Shown: positions 1 to 8,973, counted from the stretch's first letter. The stretch: 64,000 nucleotides of DNA from an uncultured Candidatus Saccharibacteria bacterium (GCA_964350735.1 CAYGKO010000004.1:83583-147582); one strand, 5' to 3'. Translations and numbers: made by a program. Notes: a model not told the origin generated them from the letters alone.

Positions 1-1694
1 GGATCAAGAAAGTTGGAGAAAAGGATGACTGGACCGTCACCAATGTAAAAGAGAGTGAAGCCAAACGTTCGCCAAAAGCACCGTTTACAACTTCGACCAT
101 GCAGCAAGCAGCTTCGACCCGACTCGGCTTCGCCCCGAGTCGCACCATGGGCGCGGCCCAGAAGCTCTATGAAGCCGGACACATCACCTATATGCGTACC
201 GACAGTACCAACATGAGCGAGATCGCCCTCAAGCAAATCTACAGTGTAGTGACTAAGCAGTATGGAAAAGAGTATCTCTCACCCCGGACTTTTAGTGCCA
301 AAAGCAAATCCGCCCAAGAGGCCCACGAAGCCGTCCGGCCGACTAATTTCAATAAAACCCAAGCGGGACTAACTGGTGATCAAAAAGCCCTCTACGAGCT
401 GATTTGGTCGCGCGCCATGGCTTCACAGATGGCCGACGCGCAGATGAAACGAACCAAAGTGCTCATTAACGTATCTGACGCCAAAGATAGTATTCCTGAT
501 TTTGCTGTCAATGGTTCCCGACTTACCTTCGACGGCTGGATCGCGGCTGATCCACTAGCCCGAGGGGAAGACACCGAAGTGCCAAAGATCGCTGCTGGCG
601 ACGTAGTAAAAGTAAAAGAAGTGGAAGTGGAAGCGAAACAGACTCAGCCGCCAGGACGCTACTCTGAAGCTGGCCTTATTAAAGAACTTGAAAAGCGTGG
701 CATCGGCCGACCATCTACTTACGCCAGTATCATCAAAACCATCATCGACCGTGGCTATGTCCTAAAAGAAGGTAAAGCCCTGCAACCAACCGATACCGGT
801 GACGTCGTATCGTCATTCTTGGAAACACATTTCCTTGAGTACATCGACGACGACTTCACTAGTGACATGGAAAACCAGCTCGACGACATTGCTAACGGTG
901 ATCGTAAATACGAAAAGACCTTAAAAGATTTCTACACACCATTTCACAAAGCGGTTGAAGCCAAAGAAGATATCGAAAAACTCACCAACCTTGGCCCTGG
1001 ACCTAAGGAATTCCCGTGTCCTGAGTGTAAGTCAGGCATGGTGCGCAAACTCGGCCGTAATGGTACGTTTTTGTCATGTGATCGCTTCCCTGACTGTAAT
1101 GGAGCTCGCATGATTGACGGTAGTGAAATCAAAGAAGACGAACCAATCGGCAATCACCCCGAAACCGGTGATCCGATCTTTGTCATGAATGGACGGTTTG
1201 GCCCCTACGTACAACTCGGCGCTACCCCAGAAAAAGTCAAAGGCAAGAAACAAGAGAAACCGAAGCGAGCCAGTATCCCAGCGGACGTCAAATCCGAAGA
1301 CGTTACGCTTGATCTGGCAGTAAAATACCTACTCCTCCCCCGCGAACTAGGTGAGCACACAACGACTGGAGAACCTGTCATTGCCAACACTGGTCAATAC
1401 GGACCGTATATCGGTCACGCTGGTGACTTCCGCTCCCTTAAAGGTGACGACGACCCGTACACCATCACGTTTGAACGGGCACTTGAAATATTACAGGAAC
1501 CAAAGCAGCTGCGTAAGGGTGAGACGCTCTGCAAAGAACTCGGTATCCATCCACGTACTCGTAAGCTGGTAAATGTATACAAAAGTAAGTCAGGTAAGTA
1601 TCTCCGAAAAGGCTTCAAACGAATCAATATTCCTGATAGTGTCGATATGAAAAAGTTTACAATCGAAGACGCGATAGAGATGCTAAAGCAGTAA
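1..1694 (+). CDS. topA: DNA topoisomerase I, C-terminal portion; the gene starts upstream of the window
   Basis: The frame is open from base 3 and reads KAPFTTSTMQQAAS, the TopA domain III/IV signature. C-terminal zinc-ribbon motifs CPECKSG...CDRFPDC are present. The protein listed in the ORF track is a sub-fragment. Confidence 0.9.
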   Translation, partial: IKKVGEKDDWTVTNVKESEAKRSPKAPFTTSTMQQAASTRLGFAPSRTMGAAQKLYEAGHITYMRTDSTNMSEIALKQIYSVVTKQYGKEYLSPRTFSAKSKSAQEAHEAVRPTNFNKTQAGLTGDQKALYELIWSRAMASQMADAQMKRTKVLINVSDAKDSIPDFAVNGSRLTFDGWIAADPLARGEDTEVPKIAAGDVVKVKEVEVEAKQTQPPGRYSEAGLIKELEKRGIGRPSTYASIIKTIIDRGYVLKEGKALQPTDTGDVVSSFLETHFLEYIDDDFTSDMENQLDDIANGDRKYEKTLKDFYTPFHKAVEAKEDIEKLTNLGPGPKEFPCPECKSGMVRKLGRNGTFLSCDRFPDCNGARMIDGSEIKEDEPIGNHPETGDPIFVMNGRFGPYVQLGATPEKVKGKKQEKPKRASIPADVKSEDVTLDLAVKYLLLPRELGEHTTTGEPVIANTGQYGPYIGHAGDFRSLKGDDDPYTITFERALEILQEPKQLRKGETLCKELGIHPRTRKLVNVYKSKSGKYLRKGFKRINIPDSVDMKKFTIEDAIEMLKQ

Positions 1695-1786
1695 TATCCA
1701 TTAAATACATCGAAAGCCGCGCAAGGCCTACGGGTTCTGTGCGGTTTTTCCTTGCCAATTTAGCACTTCATCTCTAGAATGAACTG

Positions 1787-3328
1787 ATGATAACAGCCAA
1801 AGAAATAATTGGACGACTCAATAACCCAACTGACGCTGACAAAGCTTTGATAACAAAGTCCTACGAACTCGCTGAGACTGCACACGCTGGCCATACTCGC
1901 TATTCTGGAGAGCAGTATATGATCCATGTCGCTACCGTTGGTCTCAGGCTGGCTGAGATGGGCATGGGACCACGTACTATTGCAGCCGGACTGCTGCATG
2001 ACACTATTGAAGATACTGAGGTCACACCGGATGAAATAAAAGAAAAATTTGGTGAGGAGATTTTATTCCTCGTTGATGGTGTAACCAAACTCAGTTCTGT
2101 TCGTTATTACGGTACCGACCGGCACAACGAATCACTACGAAAACTGTTTGTTGCTACCAGCCAAGACATTCGAGTCTTGATTATAAAACTGGTTGATCGT
2201 CTTCATAACATGGAGACGCTGAATTTCGTCCCACCTGAAAAACAAAAGCGGATCGCGACTGAAACGCTGGAGATCTATGTCCCCGTGGCCCACCGCCTTG
2301 GTATTGGTCGGATTCGAAAAGAATTGGAAGATCTGGCCTTTCCATATGTATATCCCGAAGCATACGAACGTGTCGAAACACTAATTAGTCAGAAAGCTGG
2401 TAAGCGGAGTGAGATTTTGGAACGTGAACGTAAGACCTTACAAAAACGACTAGCTGAAGTTGGACTACGTGACTTCTCGACTTCATACCGCGTCAAAGGT
2501 AAGTATAGTTTGTTTCAGAAACTAAAACGAAAGGATTGGAATATTGAAAGCGTCTACGACCTGCTTGCTATCCGGGTTGTGGTCGGTAACATGGAAGAAT
2601 GTTATCGCACCCTTGGAGTGATCCATGAGCTTTGGCGACCATTACCAAAACGCATGAAAGACTATATCGCGTTCCCAAAACCTAACGGTTATCAATCCAT
2701 CCACACCACGGTTGCTACTCCTCATGGCACAATCTTAGAAATCCAAATTCGCACCCAAAAAATGCATCAGGAAGCTGAGTACGGAGTCGCTTCTCACATT
2801 ATCTACAAAGACACTAATTCTAGCAAAAAATCACCACAGTCCCACTGGTTTAGTCGCCTAGCTCCTTCTCTCTTTCGTCCGTTTGCTTGGCGCGACCAAG
2901 CGATCGTCACAAAGTCTATAGCCAAGGGAGACTTGCCGCCACACGCTAAAATTCCTACGTGGATCAATCAGATTGGGGAAATCTATACTGATGAAAAAAG
3001 TTCAGGTCGAGAATTTGTTGACGATATGCGCACTGACTTCTTTAAAACTAGGATATTCGTCTTTACCCCCAATGGCGATGTGGTTGATTTACCAACTGGA
3101 GCCACACCAGTAGATTTTGCATATGCCATCCACTCTGAAGTTGGCGGCCATATGTCTGCAGCAAAAATTAATAACAAATTAAGCCAATTAGATTCCGAAC
3201 TTCGCAATGGAGATATTGTAGAAATTGAAACCAAGAGATCATCCAAACCTACGCCAAAATGGCTCGATTTTGCTAAAACTTCGCTAGCCAAACGACGTAT
3301 TAAATTGGCTCTAGAAAGCGAGAAATAG
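1787..3328 (+). CDS. rel: Bifunctional (p)ppGpp synthetase/hydrolase of the RelA/SpoT family (short Rel)
   Basis: HD hydrolase motif LHDTIEDT. A synthetase domain is present. TGS-like C-terminal region TPNGDVVDLPTGATPVDFAYAIHSEVG. Length is 513 aa. Confidence 0.9.
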   Translation: MITAKEIIGRLNNPTDADKALITKSYELAETAHAGHTRYSGEQYMIHVATVGLRLAEMGMGPRTIAAGLLHDTIEDTEVTPDEIKEKFGEEILFLVDGVTKLSSVRYYGTDRHNESLRKLFVATSQDIRVLIIKLVDRLHNMETLNFVPPEKQKRIATETLEIYVPVAHRLGIGRIRKELEDLAFPYVYPEAYERVETLISQKAGKRSEILERERKTLQKRLAEVGLRDFSTSYRVKGKYSLFQKLKRKDWNIESVYDLLAIRVVVGNMEECYRTLGVIHELWRPLPKRMKDYIAFPKPNGYQSIHTTVATPHGTILEIQIRTQKMHQEAEYGVASHIIYKDTNSSKKSPQSHWFSRLAPSLFRPFAWRDQAIVTKSIAKGDLPPHAKIPTWINQIGEIYTDEKSSGREFVDDMRTDFFKTRIFVFTPNGDVVDLPTGATPVDFAYAIHSEVGGHMSAAKINNKLSQLDSELRNGDIVEIETKRSSKPTPKWLDFAKTSLAKRRIKLALESEK

Positions 3329-3332
3329 AATT

Positions 3333-3362
3333 TAAAAAACTGGATCGTTATCGATCCAGTTT
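3333..3362. terminator. Bidirectional rho-independent terminator hairpin
   Basis: aaaaaactggatcg-ttat-cgatccagtttttt is a perfect inverted repeat with A/T runs on both flanks. It lies between the convergent rel and parB genes. Confidence 0.8.
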
Positions 3363-3366
3363 TTTG

Positions 3367-4725
3367 TTACACTCCGAAATTTTTTACAGTATAGAGGTCA
3401 CTGTCATCATCATTTTTTTCTGTCACTTGTTGTGGTGAAATAAACGAATCTTCTGTGATCAGGCGCTCAGGCGCTTCAGTATTTTGGACTGGTTCGGGGG
3501 GCACAATCGGTGCTGGAGCATTACTTGCTGCAAAGCTAGGATCCAAGACAGTGTCATTTAAGGCTTCTCGTAAGTGGTTTCGTAAATCAGATTGTGTTCT
3601 GTTTTTTACTGTTTCTATTTTAGCTTGAGTATCGTCTTCGTTTACAGGTACTAGAGCCTCCTCAATCGCTGGTGTCGACACCTCTGCTTCCGGAACTTCA
3701 ATTACAGACAAACGATCAGAGATATCTTCTGACTCTTGAATCTCTGCAGCAGGAGCAACGCCCTCTTCTGGTTTTTCCAGCACCGGATCAAACGGGGTTG
3801 CTTCACTCAGTTTTTTTAAAGCCTCATCAACGTCATGTCCAGTTTCTACCACTTCTGCCGCTATCGCTGCCCCAGCAAGACTAGAGGCAGATTTACTCTC
3901 TTCTGCTTTCATTAAAACGAGCAGCTTGTCTAAGTCTTCTTGCGAGAAGTAATCGATAGTAAGCTTGCCGCCATAGTCAGTCTTGGCAATCTGCACCCGG
4001 GTACCTAAAGTCTCCGTAAATTGCTTTTCCATCTCGATCAGTTCGGGATCGGTATCTTTCCACTTCTTACTCCGCACTTTATCCTGAGCAATCTTACGCG
4101 CAATCCGTTCCACTTCTCGAACAGACAATTTCTTCAACAAGATCTCACGGAACACGGTATCTTGCTCCTCCGGACGATCATTCAACATCAGCAGTGTCCG
4201 ACCATGTCCTTCAGTAATATCCCCTACTTTGAGTGACTGCAGCATACATTCTGGTAGTAGCAGCAATCGCATCGTATTACTTACATACTCACGGCTACGG
4301 CCCACTTTTTTAGCTACCGCTGCATGTGAAAGTCCAAAACTGTCTGCTAACTGGCGAAAGGCTAACGCTCGGTCTACAGCATTAAGATCCTCACGCTGCA
4401 AGTTCTCAATGATAGCCAGCTCAAGCTTCTCTTGCTCACTATCCTCGCCTTCACGGATAATCACCGGCACTTGTAGCAATCCGGCTAATTTACTAGCGCG
4501 CAAACGACGTTCCCCAGCAATCAGTTCGTACTCAGTAAAGAACGCGCCGTCTTCACGCTGAATTTCCTTTCGAGTTACGGTCAGGGGCTGCAAAATACCG
4601 TACATTCGGACCGATTCTGACAATTCCTTGAGTTTAGCCTCATTAAATTCCCGCCGTGGTTGAAACGGATTAGGGACAATTTTCCCTACTTCTACCCAAA
4701 AAATTGAATCTCCTTGAAATGCCAT
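3367..4725 (-). CDS. parB: ParB/Spo0J-like partition protein with a long acidic, low-complexity C-terminal extension
   Basis: N-terminal ParB box GILQPLTV...ELIAGERRLRASKLAGL. Length is 452 aa. There is no adjacent parA. Confidence 0.8.
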   Translation of the reverse strand: MAFQGDSIFWVEVGKIVPNPFQPRREFNEAKLKELSESVRMYGILQPLTVTRKEIQREDGAFFTEYELIAGERRLRASKLAGLLQVPVIIREGEDSEQEKLELAIIENLQREDLNAVDRALAFRQLADSFGLSHAAVAKKVGRSREYVSNTMRLLLLPECMLQSLKVGDITEGHGRTLLMLNDRPEEQDTVFREILLKKLSVREVERIARKIAQDKVRSKKWKDTDPELIEMEKQFTETLGTRVQIAKTDYGGKLTIDYFSQEDLDKLLVLMKAEESKSASSLAGAAIAAEVVETGHDVDEALKKLSEATPFDPVLEKPEEGVAPAAEIQESEDISDRLSVIEVPEAEVSTPAIEEALVPVNEDDTQAKIETVKNRTQSDLRNHLREALNDTVLDPSFAASNAPAPIVPPEPVQNTEAPERLITEDSFISPQQVTEKNDDDSDLYTVKNFGV

Positions 4726-4933
4726 TCTAAAATAAATACCTTACAGACAGCAAAAAGCTTCGCTTTTGCCGTTCATTCATAACTCCAATACTGACATTTT
4801 AGCATACGCATATCTGACAGGGTGTTTATAACTTTTGCATTTTCTGCTACACTCGTATCCACTTGCCGGAGTCAGGAATAGACGGGTGAAATGTGCAGGT
4901 GCACATTTCATGGCGACGGTTTGAACATAGTGT

Positions 4934-5015
4934 GCCGCGGTGGCGGAATTGGTAGACGCGTGCGACTCAAAATCGCATTCCGCAAGGAGTGAGGGTTCAA
5001 TTCCCTCCCGCGGCA
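4934..5015 (+). tRNA. tRNA-Leu(CAA)
   Basis: Folded by hand: acceptor GCCGCGG/CCGCGGC; D-arm GCG-GAATTGGTAGA-CGC; anticodon stem TGCGA, loop CTCAAAA; long variable arm; T-arm GAGGG-TTCAATT-CCCTC. Confidence 0.85.
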
Positions 5016-5039
5016 CAGTGTGTTTAAACAAAATCATAT

Positions 5040-5076
5040 CTCGCAAAGGTGAGGGTTCAATTCCCTCCTTCGGCAC
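5040..5076 (+). repeat. Degenerate duplicate of the 3' half of tRNA-Leu(CAA) (variable arm, T-arm and acceptor 3' strand)
   Basis: cgcaaaggtgagggttcaattccctccttcggcaca compared with the tRNA's cgcaaggagtgagggttcaattccctcccgcggcaca. It lies 24 nt downstream of the intact tRNA and abuts the miaA start codon. Confidence 0.7.
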
Positions 5077-5970
5077 ATGGAAAAGGAAAAAATAATAATC
5101 GTTGTCGGTCCAACTGCTTCTGGAAAAACTGACTTAGCTATTACGCTGGCTCAAGAATTCACAGGTGAAGTAATCTCGGCTGATTCAAGGCAAATCTACC
5201 GTGGGCTTGATATTGGAACGGCTAAAGTAACTACAGCAGAAATGAGAGGTGTTCCTCATCATCTCATTAATATTGTAGATATACATGAAAACTACGGTCC
5301 GGTGGATTTTAAAAGAGATGCCGCTACTGCGATCACGAATATTACATCTCGTGATGCACTCCCTATTATTGCGGGCGGGACATTCTTTTACACTGACACA
5401 CTCCTTGGTCGCATCAGCACTCCGGCCGTACCGCCAAACCCTGCACTGCGGGAAGCACTAGAAGAGCTGCCCGTTGAAGCGTTGTATACAAAACTACAAA
5501 AAATTGACCCTCGGCGAGCAGCTGACATAGATGAGCATAATCCACGACGTTTAGTACGAGCGATTGAGATCGCTAGTGCCCTAGGGGCAGTGCCTGAAAA
5601 AAAGCCACTCGAAAACCTTTATGACGCACTGATCATTGGAATCGAAACAGACAGAGATGAGTTGCGTGCCCGCATCGCAGCACGCGCTCCTGCCTGGCTC
5701 ACCATTGGTTTAAAAGAAGAAGTAGTGGCACTACTTACAGCTGGAGTATCAAAAGAGCGCCTCAACGAAATGGGCTTTGAATATCAAATCGGTATGGAGT
5801 TAGCAGCTGGAGCAATCACTGAAGAAGCATTTATCCAGAAATTCACTGAAAAAAATTGGCAGTATGCTAAACGCCAACTATCTTGGCTGAAGCGAGATCA
5901 GACAATTGAGTGGTACAAACGTGAACATACTCATGACGTTATCGCCCGCGTACGGGAGTTTCTTGGTTGA
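5077..5970 (+). CDS. miaA: tRNA dimethylallyltransferase
   Basis: P-loop GPTASGKT; conserved DSRQIYRGLDIGTAK and IIAGGTFFY motifs. Length is 297 aa. Confidence 0.92.
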   Translation: MEKEKIIIVVGPTASGKTDLAITLAQEFTGEVISADSRQIYRGLDIGTAKVTTAEMRGVPHHLINIVDIHENYGPVDFKRDAATAITNITSRDALPIIAGGTFFYTDTLLGRISTPAVPPNPALREALEELPVEALYTKLQKIDPRRAADIDEHNPRRLVRAIEIASALGAVPEKKPLENLYDALIIGIETDRDELRARIAARAPAWLTIGLKEEVVALLTAGVSKERLNEMGFEYQIGMELAAGAITEEAFIQKFTEKNWQYAKRQLSWLKRDQTIEWYKREHTHDVIARVREFLG

Positions 5971-6018
5971 TTTTAATCTCCCTTTCCCCTACTATGTAGC
6001 GCACGTGATTTTACGTAA

Positions 6019-6089
6019 GGGCCTATAGTTTAGTGGTAGAATTCTGGTCTCCAAAACCAGCGGCCGTGGTTCGAGTCCACGTGGGCCCG
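6019..6089 (+). tRNA. tRNA-Trp(CCA)
   Basis: Acceptor GGGCCTA/TGGGCCC; anticodon stem CTGGT, loop CTCCAAA; T-loop GGTTCGAGTCC. Confidence 0.85.
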
Positions 6090-6093
6090 CCTT

Positions 6094-6128
6094 CAGAAAA
6101 TAGCTTGCAAATGCAAGCTATTTTCTTT
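6094..6128. terminator. Rho-independent terminator after tRNA-Trp
   Basis: aaaatagcttgca-aat-gcaagctattttctttt. Confidence 0.8.
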
Positions 6129-6233
6129 TACCCAAAGTTCGTTTCAGAACTTTTTACTTGAACAGAATAAGTATTTATGGCATTGTGCATTTAGCAGGCA
6201 TTACGCCTAACCGAAACAACTGGAGGGTTTCAA

Positions 6234-6815
6234 ATGTTCTATCAATCCGAAATAACGTACGCAGGTCGGATACCCAAAGCTATCTGGGGTGATTTATTCA
6301 TCAACACCATGATTGCTGATGACATACCTGTCACTGACCACGAGGTGCAATACTTTATTGCACGCTTCTGTTTCTTCAGTAAACCAGACATCCGTGCAGT
6401 CGATGGTGATTTCCAAGTCGCTCTAAATGGCAACGAAGGTGTCACCTTTATCGGTGAAGCAGCTCTGTTATACAACCTGCTTGGAGAAATGATGCAAAAC
6501 AGCATCGAAGCAGGTTCGACCATCTTCAAGTTCGGCGTGACTATCACCGACACAGAGGTCGTTCTGACTATCTCTGATAACGGAAAGGGTTTGCCAAATG
6601 ACTTTGTGCCACTTCGCTTTTTTGAGGGTCATACCACCAAAGCAACTGGCTGGGGTCACTCACTGGCGTATGCTGCACTTGGCATCGAAAAGATGGGTGG
6701 CTCTGTCGCCTATCTTGGCAAAGGTATCGAGGATACTGGTGCAAGTTTCTCAATCACCCTACTTCGGGAAATGCCTGAAGTTCAGATAAATGAAAGGAAC
6801 TGGGATGTTCGATGA
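6234..6815 (+). CDS. Histidine-kinase-like ATPase (HATPase_c) domain protein with no recognisable HisKA/DHp domain
   Basis: G1-like box DNGKGLP and G2-like box TGWGHSLAY in the C-terminal half. Length is 193 aa. Confidence 0.5.
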   Translation: MFYQSEITYAGRIPKAIWGDLFINTMIADDIPVTDHEVQYFIARFCFFSKPDIRAVDGDFQVALNGNEGVTFIGEAALLYNLLGEMMQNSIEAGSTIFKFGVTITDTEVVLTISDNGKGLPNDFVPLRFFEGHTTKATGWGHSLAYAALGIEKMGGSVAYLGKGIEDTGASFSITLLREMPEVQINERNWDVR

Positions 6816-7098
6816 AACTGCAATCAGTGCTGAACTGCTTCGGACAGCAGTCAGCCCCTGTGAGAGCGAAAAAAACGCTCTCACAGCCGTGAGAATGCTG
6901 GGTGCAGCACTTGAGCCAGATGCACAAGCACTTGCGTCAGTTGTGACGGAAGGTCGCAAAAGCGTCGCAGCGTCAGCTCTGGACTACATCATCCGATGCT
7001 TTGGCGATAATGCTGAACAGTTGGACAAGGTTGTCGCCGAGCTAAAACGTGTGATTACGCCTCATCACAAGAACTTCGATTTGGTAAAAGGTCTCTGA
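6790..7098 (+). CDS. Hypothetical protein; an alternative ATG at 6805 has a better AGGA spacer
   Basis: ORF of 102 aa that overlaps the end of the previous gene. A palindromic terminator follows it. Confidence 0.4.
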   Translation: MKGTGMFDETAISAELLRTAVSPCESEKNALTAVRMLGAALEPDAQALASVVTEGRKSVAASALDYIIRCFGDNAEQLDKVVAELKRVITPHHKNFDLVKGL

Positions 7099-7250
7099 CC
7101 CCACCGAGTCCATAAACCGCTTGAAAGTCGCTCTGACTTTCGGGCGGCTTTCTTTTTATACAACCAACTCTTGCAGTATTTGAATACTCGATTTGATATA
7201 TTCTCTTTCTCTGTATAGTTCTGAAAGCCAGGTTTCTTGCCCGCTCGAGT

Positions 7251-7292
7251 AAAACAAAAACACTTTGACATTAGTCAAAGTGTTTTTGTTTT
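7251..7292. terminator. Perfect 20-bp-stem palindrome acting as a bidirectional terminator between convergent genes
   Basis: aaaacaaaaacactttgac-att-agtcaaagtgtttttgtttt. It is nested inside the outer inverted repeat cccgctcgag / ctcgagcggg, and a second hairpin gaaagtgac-ctgc-gtcactttc follows. Confidence 0.75.
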
Positions 7293-7468
7293 AGAAAGTG
7301 ACCTGCGTCACTTTCGTGCTCGAGCGGGAGACGGAAGCATGTCGCACGGAGCGCAAGCGAGTATGATAGCTAAGTCGGGGTCGAAGGTACTTGCTAGATT
7401 ACGAGCGAAGTGAAGTAATCTAGTTAGTAACCTGTGACCGCAAGAAAGACCACTACAAAACAGCACAC

Positions 7469-8140
7469 TTACGGATTACTCAACCGATACTCCGTCGCAT
7501 CCCCAATCATCTGATTCACCACTCGTTCATGCGTTTCTGGCGTAATGTGTTCGTAGCGTAGAAGTTCGTCAGCTGCATCAATACCGCGCTGTAAATTCCC
7601 TCCTTCAGGAATGCTCTGTATAGACATGAGATTAGAACTTCCTAGTGCAGCCCCACCAGTGTAGTTATACTCTTCTCGTAACGCACTGTAGGGGTTATCA
7701 AGCGGCGCTGGACCACAACCATGTAAGCCGAACTGCCGACAATCAGCTGCTTCAGGACGAGGTGTTGGTAGTGGAGACGTAGGTGTACTCCCGTCAGGCA
7801 ATACTGCTCCTTCCGGTCGGGCCCCAGGCACGGGCGCCTCAAGTGGTGCAAACGGGCTCACCGCTTCTTCGACATCTACCCCAAACGTAGCAGCGGCAAT
7901 AGACAATATTGTATACGCGGACAGCATTATCAATAAACCAATCAAACCCCATAAAATATGTTTCTTCCCCTTTTCTTTGGCTTGCGGATTACTAGCTCCT
8001 GCCACATATTCAAAACAACCATACAAAAAGAAAATCACTGCTACCACTGTCATTAGCGTGATCAAAGGGAAGAAAATAGCTGCATTCAATTTCTGAACGA
8101 AGCTTTTAGCTAAATCTACGGCAGCGGCATGAACAATCAT
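7469..8140 (-). CDS. VirB2/TrbC-like (T4SS-pilin-like) two-TM protein with a Pro- and Cys-rich C-terminal domain
   Basis: N-terminal module LITLMTVVAVIFFLYGCFEYVAGASNPQAKEKGKKHILWGLIGLLIMLSAY is TM-loop-TM with a charged turn. Last gene of the four-gene operon. The N-terminal ~95 aa is paralogous to 26206-26523. Confidence 0.6.
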   Translation of the reverse strand: MIVHAAAVDLAKSFVQKLNAAIFFPLITLMTVVAVIFFLYGCFEYVAGASNPQAKEKGKKHILWGLIGLLIMLSAYTILSIAAATFGVDVEEAVSPFAPLEAPVPGARPEGAVLPDGSTPTSPLPTPRPEAADCRQFGLHGCGPAPLDNPYSALREEYNYTGGAALGSSNLMSIQSIPEGGNLQRGIDAADELLRYEHITPETHERVVNQMIGDATEYRLSNP

Positions 8141-8149
8141 AAAATGTAA

Positions 8150-8971
8150 TTAGTTTGCATACAATGAAAAATGATTTCCTGTCGCAACTCCCTCTACACA
8201 ATTACTAGCTCCTAGACAAGATCCACCAGGACCTGGTTCATACACCGCTCGAAACCCCAATGCTGTCGCTTGTGCTTGAAAGGATTTCACACGTTCAGAA
8301 GTCCAGTCTCGATCTTTGAATACAATATCTACACACGTCCCGTCTCCGTGACAAGCTGACTTATGAGTTCGAGTGGGTGGAAATCCTTCAGTTACCTCAA
8401 GTTCAACACCACTTGATCGTGCGAGTCCGGCTAAACGCTCGCCGTATTCTGCCTCAACCGTACAACTTCTAGAATTTTTACATGAAACTGCAGTTGAAAT
8501 ATCAACACACGTAGGGCAGCCTGCACTAGCCTTTGCAGACAACTCAGTACCCGCCTCAGGCCCTTCTAAAGCATTAACATCACGAGCCACCGGCTTCACC
8601 ATACCACCACACTCTACCAGCCCCCACGCATCCAAACCACCAGAGTCAGTGGTGATTCGCAATACAGTATCCACAATCAACCACGCAGACAACACAATAA
8701 TGAATCCAATCACCACATTAGTGAACAACCCTTTTGCTTCAGCAGCTGCGCTCGAGTTTCCACCTGAGGTGAGCAGCTTAACGCCAGCCACGGCGATCAT
8801 AATGACCGCAATCACCACACAAATGGTAATCAGAAAGTTAACAATCCCATTTACCATATCAAGCAAGTTGCAGAAGTCACACTCGGGACCAGAGCAGGTT
8901 ACTAACGCAGCGGTCGCAAACTCAGGTATAGCTGTCACTAGTAAAACTGGAATGAGAAAAAGAAATTTCAT
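8150..8971 (-). CDS. Secreted protein with a VirB2-like pilin module and a Cys-rich C-terminal domain, possibly an M15-like peptidoglycan peptidase
   Basis: Signal peptide MKFLFLIPVLLVTAIPEFATA. Pilin-like hairpin VNGIVNFLITICVVIAVIMIAVAGVKLLTSGGNSSAAAEAKGLFTNVVIGFIIVLSAW. C-terminal HKSACHGDGTCVD...GNHF resembles the Zn-ligand pattern S-x-H-x-x-G-x-x-D...H of M15 peptidases. The peptidase call is inference only. Confidence 0.55.
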   Translation of the reverse strand: MKFLFLIPVLLVTAIPEFATAALVTCSGPECDFCNLLDMVNGIVNFLITICVVIAVIMIAVAGVKLLTSGGNSSAAAEAKGLFTNVVIGFIIVLSAWLIVDTVLRITTDSGGLDAWGLVECGGMVKPVARDVNALEGPEAGTELSAKASAGCPTCVDISTAVSCKNSRSCTVEAEYGERLAGLARSSGVELEVTEGFPPTRTHKSACHGDGTCVDIVFKDRDWTSERVKSFQAQATALGFRAVYEPGPGGSCLGASNCVEGVATGNHFSLYAN

Positions 8972-8973
8972 AT

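Noticed and set aside
4726-4933. Possible RNase P RNA, SRP RNA or tmRNA in structured intergenic regions; also checked 7300-7460
   Set aside because: Fragments such as GGGTGAAA and GGAAGCA are present. However the flanking conserved blocks are not: RNase P CR-I/CR-V, the SRP domain IV GGAAGCAGCCAAGGCAG block, and the tmRNA tRNA-like ends. The regions are also too short for RNase P RNA. An Infernal scan would be needed to decide.
4777-5076. 99-aa minus-strand ORF
   Set aside because: It lies entirely over tRNA-Leu(CAA) and its 3'-fragment repeat. The repeated PREGIEPS peptides are just the translated tRNA T-arm. Spurious.
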